The notes under the pieces are model-generated. The model did no database searches. It was not told the DNA's origin and worked only from the letters and a program-made list of their open reading frames with translations. A program made the position numbers and the translations under genes. Below, in pieces: positions 19,205 to 27,190 of a stretch of DNA of 64,000 nucleotides. Source of the DNA: an uncultured Aquiluna sp. (GTDB taxonomy: Bacteria; Actinomycetota; Actinomycetes; Actinomycetales; Microbacteriaceae); the NCBI GenBank assembly GCA_913775595.1, contig CAJYLB010000001.1:248001-312000 (forward strand), in the 5' to 3' direction. Position 1 is the first letter of the stretch, and every line of letters starts with the position of its first letter.

Positions 19205-20530
19205 TTAGAGCTTTGCCAGTCCAGCCGCGAGTACATCCAGCGCGTCATGCAGGAGCTCGTCGCTGATTGCGAGTGGTGGCAAGAATCTAAGTACGTTGTT
19301 GTAGGTTCCGGCATTGAGAACCATCACGCCATTTTGATGACAGTGCTTCATCACTGCGTCAGTAGCCTCTGGGTTTGGATCCATAGTTCCTGGCTTCACA
19401 AGCTCAATTGCCTGCATGGCTCCGCGTCCTCTGACGTTACCGATTACCGGGTAATTGTTTTGCATGGCAGTTAGGCGCCCGGAGAGAATCTCGCCCACCT
19501 GCTCGGCTCTTTCGAACCAACCGCCTTCCTCGAACTGTTCCATTACTGCCACTGCAGCTGCAACGGCCGTTGGAGAGCCACCGAAAGTTCCACCAAGTCC
19601 TCCGGCGTGAGCGGCGTCCATGATTTCTGCTCTTCCGACCACACCTGATAGGGGCATGCCTCCGGCGATTCCCTTGGCGACGGTGATCAGGTCAGGCTCG
19701 AAGCCTTCCTCCCACTCGCTGGCAAACCACTTCCCGGTTCTTGCCATGCCGCTTTGGACCTCGTCGGCTACCAAAACGATGCCGTTTGCCCTGGTCCACT
19801 CCTGAAGGGTTAGAAGGAATCCGGGTGCCGGGACAATGAAGCCACCCTCACCCTGAATGGGTTCAATGAACAGAGCTGCCAGTTGCGATGCACCCACCCT
19901 TTTTTCGAGGTAGGTAATTGCACGCGTCGCAGCCTCGGGGCCCGTCATGCCCTCAGGGTCGCGGAACGGATAGCTCATAGGAGCGTGGTGGACACTCCCG
20001 GCCAGCGGGCCAAACCCAGTGCCGTAGGGGTGCATCTTGAAGTTCATGGCCATGGTGAGGTTGGTTCGGCCGTGATAGGAGTGATCGAAGGCTGCAATCT
20101 CCGTCCTACCGGTTGCCCTTCTCGCAATCTTGACAGCATTCTCTACCGCCTCAGCGCCCGAGTTGAAGAACGCGGCCTTCTTCTTCTTTCCGCAGGGAGC
20201 GTGGCTGGTTAGTAGCTCCGCAGCCCGCACGTATGGCTCGTAGGGAGCTACCGTGAAGAGGGTGTGGGTGAGCTTTGAAACCTGTTCCTGAACTGCCGCT
20301 ACGAGCTTTTCGTTGGTGTGGCCAATGGTGACAACACCAATGCCAGAGCCCATATCAATCAGCTGATTGCCGTCGACATCTTTCAAGATTGCGCCGTGGG
20401 CCTCATCTATAAAGACCGGGAGCATCGTGCCAACCCCAGCTGAGACCACCTCAGTGCGGCGCTTCTGAAGCGCCACCGAATTGGGGCCCGGTATGGCAGT
20501 TACAACGTGGCGCTTTTGTTCTAGGGTCAT
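19205..20530 (-). CDS. gabT: 4-aminobutyrate--2-oxoglutarate transaminase
   Basis: NSGAEAVENAVKIAR, SYHGRT, EPIQGEGGF, ADEVQSGMARTG, VAKGIAGGMPL. Confidence 0.92.
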   Translation of the reverse strand: MTLEQKRHVVTAIPGPNSVALQKRRTEVVSAGVGTMLPVFIDEAHGAILKDVDGNQLIDMGSGIGVVTIGHTNEKLVAAVQEQVSKLTHTLFTVAPYEPYVRAAELLTSHAPCGKKKKAAFFNSGAEAVENAVKIARRATGRTEIAAFDHSYHGRTNLTMAMNFKMHPYGTGFGPLAGSVHHAPMSYPFRDPEGMTGPEAATRAITYLEKRVGASQLAALFIEPIQGEGGFIVPAPGFLLTLQEWTRANGIVLVADEVQSGMARTGKWFASEWEEGFEPDLITVAKGIAGGMPLSGVVGRAEIMDAAHAGGLGGTFGGSPTAVAAAVAVMEQFEEGGWFERAEQVGEILSGRLTAMQNNYPVIGNVRGRGAMQAIELVKPGTMDPNPEATDAVMKHCHQNGVMVLNAGTYNNVLRFLPPLAISDELLHDALDVLAAGLAKL

Positions 20531-20605
20531 GCCAAGATTCTAGATTCTCCCGCGGCTTTTCTGGCTCAGCTGCCAGAAGTTCCATGCGGGTTCTAAGCTT
20601 TGGTT

Positions 20606-21700
20606 ATGCGCTCGGTAATTGTCCTCGGTTCAACCGGCTCGGTTGGAACCCAGGCACTTGAGGTGATTCGCAAGCTCCCTGAGAGCTTCCAGGTTGTAGG
20701 GCTTACGGCCAATTCCGCTGCTGACCTGCTGGAATCGCAGCGGATCGCATTCGGGCTCACGAAAGATCAGGTTGCCTTGGGTGCTAAGCAGGCGGCAGCT
20801 CTGGCCAGGGATACCGATGCGGATGTTGTCGTTCATGGCATCAGCGGTTCTGCGGGACTGGCAGCTACTTTGGCGGCCCTAGAGACTGGAAAAACGCTGG
20901 CGCTTGCGAATAAGGAGTCACTTATTGTCGGTGGCGAGCTAGTCACAAAGCTTGCAAAACCCGGTCAAATTGTCCCCGTTGACTCGGAGCACTCGGCGCT
21001 CGCACAATGCCTACGCTCTGGTGAAGACGCCGAGATTGCGAAGTTGATACTGACAGCTAGCGGCGGACCCTTCCGCGGCTACAGTCTTGAGCAACTGCAA
21101 TCGGTCACCGTTGAGCAGGCACTGAAGCATCCAACTTGGTCGATGGGTAGAATCATCACTATCAACTCAGCCTCGATGGTCAACAAAGGACTAGAGATGA
21201 TCGAGGCTCAGCTGCTGTTTGGCGTCCCGATCGAGAGGATTTCGATCACTGTTCACCCGCAATCCGCGGTTCATTCAATGGTCGAATACACCGACGGCTC
21301 GGTTATTGCGCAGTGTTCCATAACCGACATGAAGTTGCCTATCGCTCTCGCGCTGGATTGGCCAAAGCGTCAACCTGGTGCAGTAATGCCAATTGACTGG
21401 TCTCAGAGCCACACTTGGGAGTTTGAGCCAATTGATGAACAGGTTTTCAAGGCGATTCCGCTAGCGCGTGAGGTTGCGCTCAGGGGGCTCACTTATCCAG
21501 CCGTCTATAACGCGGCTAATGAGCAGGCCGTTGAGGCTTTTCTCGCAGGGCAGATCAGCTTCGTTGACATTGTCAGCATCATCGATCAGGTCATTGAACA
21601 GCACAATCCGCCGGCGACTTTGACCCTAGAGGGAGTCTTGGAGTCAGAGTCTTGGGCTCGCCTCACAGCGGACTCGCTGATTGCTCAACGCATCAGCTAG
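20606..21700 (+). CDS. dxr: 1-deoxy-D-xylulose-5-phosphate reductoisomerase
   Basis: LGSTGSVGTQ, LANKESL, PVDSEHSA, HPTWSMG, NKGLE. Confidence 0.98.
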   Translation: MRSVIVLGSTGSVGTQALEVIRKLPESFQVVGLTANSAADLLESQRIAFGLTKDQVALGAKQAAALARDTDADVVVHGISGSAGLAATLAALETGKTLALANKESLIVGGELVTKLAKPGQIVPVDSEHSALAQCLRSGEDAEIAKLILTASGGPFRGYSLEQLQSVTVEQALKHPTWSMGRIITINSASMVNKGLEMIEAQLLFGVPIERISITVHPQSAVHSMVEYTDGSVIAQCSITDMKLPIALALDWPKRQPGAVMPIDWSQSHTWEFEPIDEQVFKAIPLAREVALRGLTYPAVYNAANEQAVEAFLAGQISFVDIVSIIDQVIEQHNPPATLTLEGVLESESWARLTADSLIAQRIS

Positions 21701-21712
21701 TAACCTTGGGGT

Positions 21713-23014
21713 GTGCTCGACATAGCCCTCTACGCAATTGGCATTCTGGTCGTAATCCTCGGAATTGCCCTCTCAATTGGGCTTCACGAGCTTGGGCATT
21801 TTGCTCCCGCCAGGGCCTTTGGGGTTCGGGTGAAGCAGTTCATGATTGGGTTTGGCCCCACCTTTTTCTCGCGCCAGCGTGGCGAGACGGAATTTGGCTT
21901 CAAGGCATTTCCTTTGGGTGGTTACATTCTCATGGCTGGAATGTATCCGCCAGAAAAGAAGCCCTACAACGGACCATTTGCGAGCTGGATTAAGGAGGCG
22001 CGCAAGGAGATTGCCGCACAGGAGGAGCCCGGAGACGAGGGCCGACAGTTTTACCAGTTGAGCACCTGGAAAAAGGTAGTCATCATGCTCGGTGGTCCAA
22101 TGATGAATTTCTTCCTTGGGTTGCTGCTAATTGCCATTGCACTGACAGGTATTGGGCCGCTTCAGAACTCGTTGACCGTTGCAAAGGTCTACCAGTGCAT
22201 CGAGGCATCTAGTGATGGCAGTTGCCCTGCTGGCGCACCAGTTTCACCTGCCGCTCTTGCGGGTATGCAGGACGGCGACCGGGTCGTTGCTGTCAACGGA
22301 ACCAATGTTCAAAGCTGGGCTGAGGTCACCGCGATAATGACGGAGAGAGGCCAGGGTGCTTCTACAGTCGAAGTAGACAGGAATGGGCGGCTTGAGACTC
22401 TCAGCGTCACACCGAGCTATTTTGAGCGAGCTGTTTATGACTCAAATGGGGCACTGAGTCTTGACAGCGAGGGCAATCCTGTCACGCGGCTAACGCCAAT
22501 CATTGGAGTCAGCCTTGAACCCACGAGTGAGCCGATGCCGCTTGCTGACTCGATTGGTTATGGCCTTGAAGCCACCGGCGCCATGTTCGTATTTATCTTG
22601 GAGCTGCCGCAGCAGGTTTATCAGGTTTTTCTCTCAACCTTTGGCCTTGGTGAGCGCGATCCCTACGGCGCCGTTTCAATAGTTGGCGTTGGCCAGTTAG
22701 CGGGGGAGCTCACCGCCGCTGAAATTCCAAATTCGGCGAAGCTCTCATCTCTGCTCTTGCTGCTCGGCTCACTCAACATCGCACTGTTTGCATTCAACCT
22801 CATTCCGCTATTGCCGCTTGATGGGGGTCACGTTGCCGGAGCACTTTATGAGGGGACAAAGCGCAAGGTATCAACCGTTTTCAGGAGAAAAGATCCTGGT
22901 CCGGTTGACACCGCAAAGGCACTTCCCGTCGCCTACGGCATGTGGGTTGTTCTGATCTTCACGGGTGTCGTCTTGATAGTTGCGGACCTCATAAACCCCA
23001 TCACCTTTGGCTAG
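21713..23014 (+). CDS. rseP: M50 intramembrane zinc metalloprotease with PDZ domain (RseP/Rip1)
   Basis: HELGH, NLIPLLPLDGGH, PDZ-like segment; conserved dxr-rseP-ispG order. Confidence 0.93.
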   Translation: MLDIALYAIGILVVILGIALSIGLHELGHFAPARAFGVRVKQFMIGFGPTFFSRQRGETEFGFKAFPLGGYILMAGMYPPEKKPYNGPFASWIKEARKEIAAQEEPGDEGRQFYQLSTWKKVVIMLGGPMMNFFLGLLLIAIALTGIGPLQNSLTVAKVYQCIEASSDGSCPAGAPVSPAALAGMQDGDRVVAVNGTNVQSWAEVTAIMTERGQGASTVEVDRNGRLETLSVTPSYFERAVYDSNGALSLDSEGNPVTRLTPIIGVSLEPTSEPMPLADSIGYGLEATGAMFVFILELPQQVYQVFLSTFGLGERDPYGAVSIVGVGQLAGELTAAEIPNSAKLSSLLLLLGSLNIALFAFNLIPLLPLDGGHVAGALYEGTKRKVSTVFRRKDPGPVDTAKALPVAYGMWVVLIFTGVVLIVADLINPITFG

Positions 23015-23071
23015 GAAGCTAAATTAGCTCTTGGCTGTTGTATTGCTTGAGAAAAAAGTAAAGGGGCATAA

Positions 23072-24226
23072 GTGCCGGCAGTAAATCTCGGACTACCCAA
23101 GTCACCACCTCCAACACTGGCTCCAAGGCGAAAGACCCGCCAGATCATGGTGGGGAAGGTGCCGGTTGGAGGCGATGCTCCAATCTCGGTCCAGTCCATG
23201 ACCACGACCCCAACCACCGACATCAATGCCACCCTCCAGCAGATCGCGGAGCTCACGGCTTCGGGCTGCGACATTGTCCGCGTTGCGGTGCCGTCTCAGG
23301 ATGATGCGGATGTCCTTCGCATCATCGCAAAGCGAAGCCAAATCCCGGTAATCGCAGACATTCACTTTCAGCCGCGCTATGTCTTCCAGGCAATTGAGGC
23401 GGGGTGTGGAGCTGTGAGGGTGAACCCGGGCAACATTAGGAAGTTTGATGACCAGGTGGGGGAGATTGCAAAGGCCGCAAAGGACGCCGGGGTATCGATT
23501 CGTATTGGCGTGAATGCTGGATCTCTAGATCCGAGACTTCTTGAGAAGTACGGAAAGCCAACAGCCGAGGCGCTTGTCGAATCTGCGGTTTGGGAAGCTT
23601 CGCTTTTTGAAGAGCACGACTTCCACGATTTCAAGATTTCCGTGAAGCACAATGACCCGGTCGTTATGGTCAGCGCCTACCAGCAGCTAGCAGAACGTGG
23701 AGATTGGCCGCTTCACCTCGGTGTTACCGAAGCCGGCCCAGCTTTCCAGGGAACCATCAAGTCCTCTGTTGCCTTTGGAGCTCTGCTGAGTCAGGGTATT
23801 GGCGACACTATTCGAGTTTCACTTTCCGCTCCTCCCGTTGAGGAGATCAAGGTCGGCTCCCAGATTTTGGAGAGCCTGAATCTGCGCCCGAGAAAGCTCG
23901 AGATAGTTTCCTGCCCAAGCTGCGGTAGGGCTCAGGTTGACGTCTACACCCTCGCCGACAATGTAACCGAGGGCCTCAAGCACCTGACTGTTCCGATCCG
24001 AGTCGCCGTTATGGGCTGCGTTGTGAACGGTCCAGGAGAGGCTAGAGAAGCGGACCTGGGTGTCGCATCGGGCAATGGCAAGGGCCAGATATTTGTCAAG
24101 GGAGAGGTAATAAAGACCGTTCCTGAAAGCGAGATTGTTCAGACCCTGATTGAGGAAGCTAATCGAATTGCTGCCGAAATGGACCCAAGTGAGCTTGGAA
24201 CCGCACAGGTAACCGTCGGCGAGTAG
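23072..24226 (+). CDS. ispG: (E)-4-hydroxy-3-methylbut-2-enyl-diphosphate synthase
   Basis: SVQSMT, ADIHF, RVNPGNI, CPSCGR and [11 protein letters not shown]e-S motifs. Confidence 0.98.
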   Translation: MPAVNLGLPKSPPPTLAPRRKTRQIMVGKVPVGGDAPISVQSMTTTPTTDINATLQQIAELTASGCDIVRVAVPSQDDADVLRIIAKRSQIPVIADIHFQPRYVFQAIEAGCGAVRVNPGNIRKFDDQVGEIAKAAKDAGVSIRIGVNAGSLDPRLLEKYGKPTAEALVESAVWEASLFEEHDFHDFKISVKHNDPVVMVSAYQQLAERGDWPLHLGVTEAGPAFQGTIKSSVAFGALLSQGIGDTIRVSLSAPPVEEIKVGSQILESLNLRPRKLEIVSCPSCGRAQVDVYTLADNVTEGLKHLTVPIRVAVMGCVVNGPGEAREADLGVASGNGKGQIFVKGEVIKTVPESEIVQTLIEEANRIAAEMDPSELGTAQVTVGE

Positions 24227-24240
24227 CTAACATTGTGCGC

Positions 24241-26010
24241 ATGCCTTATCGCCTGAGCACACTCTTTCTTAGGACCCTCCGCGAGGACCCGGCCGATGCC
24301 GAGGTCGATAGCCACAAACTGCTGGTTCGTGCCGGCTACATTCGCAGGGCAGGCCCTGGCATCTGGTCATGGTTGCCGCTTGGGCTCATGGTCAAGAACA
24401 AGATCGAGAAAATCGTTCGCGAGGAGATGGCTGCAGCAGGCAGCCAAGAGGTTCACTTCCCCGGGCTGCTTCCAAAAGAGCCTTACGAGGCAACCGGTCG
24501 CTGGGAGGAGTATGGGGACAACATCTTCAGGCTCAAGGACAGAAAAGATGCTGACTACCTTCTAGCACCAACCCACGAGGAAGTCTTCACTCTCTTGGTG
24601 AAAGACCTATACACCTCTTACAAAGACCTGCCCTTGAGCATTTATCAAATTCAGCTGAAGTATCGCGATGAGGCAAGGCCAAGGGCTGGACTCCTCAGGG
24701 GACGCGAGTTCATAATGAAGGACGCCTACAGCTTCGATGTCTCCGACGAGGGTCTCGATGTCAGCTATCAGGCACAGCGCGATGCCTACGAGCGCATCTT
24801 CAAGCGTCTCGGTCTGGAATACGTCATCGTGAAGGCCGATGCCGGAGCAATGGGAGGCTCGAAGTCTGAGGAGTTTTTGTGCCCAGCGCCAATTGGCGAG
24901 GACACATTCGTCCGCTCCTCGGGAGGCTTCGCTGCGAATGTGGAGGCCGTGAGATTTGAACCGGCAGCCGACATCGATTTTTCGAGGACTCCAGCTGCAG
25001 AGGTTCACGATTCTCCAAAGACTCCGACCATTGCCACTCTGGTTGATTTTTCGAATCAACATCACGCAAAGGCGGATGGCGAGTGGAGTGCGAGCGACAC
25101 TCTAAAGAACGTCGTGCTGGCCCTGGTTTCTCCAGAGGGCAAACGCTCGCTCGTAATTGTTGGGGTTCCTGGAGACCGCGAGGTTGACCAAAAGCGAGCT
25201 GAGGCATGGTTCTCGCCAAACGATGTTGAGCAGGCCACGGAGGAGGACTTTGCCAAGCATCCTGAGCTCGTGAAGGGCTACATAGGACCTACAAAATCAG
25301 GCGCGCAGTTCCTGGGCGAGAAGGCAAAGGCAAAGATTCCCTATTTCTTGGACCCTAGAGTCGCAAAGGGCTCCAGCTGGATAACCGGTGCCAACGAGGA
25401 TGAGAAGCACGTTTGGCATCTGACCTATGGCAGAGACTTCGAAGCCGACGGTATTGCAGACATCGCTGAGGTTGTCGCTGGCGATCCTGCACCCGATGGC
25501 TCGGGTCCGCTTGAGCTCGCAAGGGGAATTGAGATTGGCCACGTCTTCCAGCTCGGGCGCAAGTATGCAGAGGCATTGGACCTAAAGGTCCTAGATGAGA
25601 ACGGCAAGCTTGTCACAGTCACCATGGGCAGCTACGGCATCGGTGTTACGAGACTGGTTGCGGTTATTGCCGAGACGTCTCACGACGAAAAGGGCTTATG
25701 TTGGCCTGAGGCGGTCGCTCCTGCCCAAATCCACATCATCGCGGCGGGTAAGGATGACAGTGTTTTTGAGGCAGCCGAGGCGCTTGCCAGCGAAGCCGAA
25801 GAGATGGGCTTCGATGTCATGCTCGATGATCGTAAGACTTCTCCCGGTGTCAAGTTTGCCGACGCTGAGCTACTGGGGATGCCATGGGTCATCGTTTGCG
25901 GTCGCGGTCTGGAGACTGGCGAGGTGGAACTTTGGGACAGGGCGTCGGGCGAGCGCTTGACGGTGAAGCTAGAATCTGCATTAGCGGAGATAACCTCGCG
26001 CAGGAAATAG
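24241..26010 (+). CDS. proS: Proline--tRNA ligase
   Basis: [53 protein letters not shown]; start ATG 24241 (or GTG 24235). Confidence 0.98.
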   Translation: MPYRLSTLFLRTLREDPADAEVDSHKLLVRAGYIRRAGPGIWSWLPLGLMVKNKIEKIVREEMAAAGSQEVHFPGLLPKEPYEATGRWEEYGDNIFRLKDRKDADYLLAPTHEEVFTLLVKDLYTSYKDLPLSIYQIQLKYRDEARPRAGLLRGREFIMKDAYSFDVSDEGLDVSYQAQRDAYERIFKRLGLEYVIVKADAGAMGGSKSEEFLCPAPIGEDTFVRSSGGFAANVEAVRFEPAADIDFSRTPAAEVHDSPKTPTIATLVDFSNQHHAKADGEWSASDTLKNVVLALVSPEGKRSLVIVGVPGDREVDQKRAEAWFSPNDVEQATEEDFAKHPELVKGYIGPTKSGAQFLGEKAKAKIPYFLDPRVAKGSSWITGANEDEKHVWHLTYGRDFEADGIADIAEVVAGDPAPDGSGPLELARGIEIGHVFQLGRKYAEALDLKVLDENGKLVTVTMGSYGIGVTRLVAVIAETSHDEKGLCWPEAVAPAQIHIIAAGKDDSVFEAAEALASEAEEMGFDVMLDDRKTSPGVKFADAELLGMPWVIVCGRGLETGEVELWDRASGERLTVKLESALAEITSRRK

Positions 26011-26026
26011 AACAGGTGCAGGCATT

Positions 26027-27007
26027 ATGGATATCGATCTCAGTGTCCTCCGCCTGCTGGAGCGCGAAAAAGAAATCCCCTTTGACGAACTAGTCACCAT
26101 CATCGAGGCAGCGATTCTTGCTGCCTACTTCAAGCACATCGGAGAGCACCCGAAGGGTTGCCGCGCTCACCTGGATAGAAAGACCGGTCACGTCTCAGTT
26201 TTTGCCGCGGTGCTGGACGAGGATGGCGAGCCAACCGAGACCGAGAACGAGGTAACTCCGGAGGGCTTTGGTCGAGTTGCGGCCTACGCTGCAAAGCAAG
26301 TGATCGCTCAGCGTATGCGTGAGATTGCGGATGAGGGTCTGCTTGGTGAATTCAAAGGCAAAGAGGGTGACATAGTCGCAGGTCAGATTCAGCAGGGCTC
26401 CAGGCCTTACATGGTCTATGTGAACCTAGGTTCTGTGGAGGCAATAATGCCGCCGGAGGAGCAGGTACCGGGTGAGGACTACTCCCACGGCAGGCGAATC
26501 CGGGTCTACGTGACAAGTGTCCAAAAGGGTCTTCGCGGACCGATGATTACCGTCTCCCGCACCCACCCGAACCTTGTTCGCAAACTATTTGCGCTTGAGG
26601 TTCCCGAGGTTGCTTCGGGTCAGGTGGAGATCACCTCGGTTGCCCGCGAGGCTGGCCACCGAACCAAAATCTCAGTGCGTTCAAATGAGCCAGGCATAAA
26701 TGCCAAGGGTGCATGCATCGGTGAACTGGGTCAGCGAGTCAGGGCCGTGAGCAGTGAGCTCAACGAGGAAAAGATCGATGTTGTTGATCACTCGGAGAAT
26801 TTGGCTGAGTTTGTCGCTCACGCGCTTTCTCCAGCCAAGGTCTCTTCGAGCTTTGTGATTGATGCGGGGCTCAAGGCAGTGAGGGTTTTGGTTCCGGACT
26901 TCCAGCTCTCGCTTGCGATAGGCAAGGAGGGACAAAATGCCCGCCTGGCCGCAAAGCTTACGGGTGCAAAGATTGATATCCAACCCGATAGCACGATGGA
27001 TGAATAG
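26027..27007 (+). CDS. nusA: Transcription termination/antitermination factor NusA
   Basis: S1 and KH domains: FGRVAA, AREAGHRTKI, GACIG, SLAIGKEGQNARLAAKLTG. Confidence 0.98.
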   Translation: MDIDLSVLRLLEREKEIPFDELVTIIEAAILAAYFKHIGEHPKGCRAHLDRKTGHVSVFAAVLDEDGEPTETENEVTPEGFGRVAAYAAKQVIAQRMREIADEGLLGEFKGKEGDIVAGQIQQGSRPYMVYVNLGSVEAIMPPEEQVPGEDYSHGRRIRVYVTSVQKGLRGPMITVSRTHPNLVRKLFALEVPEVASGQVEITSVAREAGHRTKISVRSNEPGINAKGACIGELGQRVRAVSSELNEEKIDVVDHSENLAEFVAHALSPAKVSSSFVIDAGLKAVRVLVPDFQLSLAIGKEGQNARLAAKLTGAKIDIQPDSTMDE

Positions 27008-27027
27008 CCAGTAGGCACAATTCCCAA

Positions 27028-27190
27028 TAGAATGGGCGCAGTCCAAAGCTCTGCAGCCATGCTGCGGAGACTTTCTAAGAACTTAGAAGCAGGCAGAAGA
27101 TGTGTGAAACCAAATGAGCATTCAGAAATGAGACCCGCTCAGCTATAAGGCCTGCCCTGTTTGGGGTTGGCCCCAGACAGGAGAAATTCA
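27028..27190 (+). promoter_or_regulatory. infB leader: -10 box TAGAAT, 5' hairpin, palindrome, three chained micro-ORFs and an SD-sequestering hairpin
   Basis: TAGAAT 27028-27033; stem 27049-27069; TTCTAAG-AA-CTTAGAA 27073-27088; uORFs 27100-27117, 27114-27131, 27128-27148; stem 27156-27181 overlapping AGGAG 27179-27183. Confidence 0.7.

Noticed and set aside
27032..27148. 38-aa ORF as an intact ylxR or a new gene
   Set aside because: Lacks the RxCxxC and GRGAW motifs of YlxR and its ATG overlaps the -10 hexamer; at most a relic
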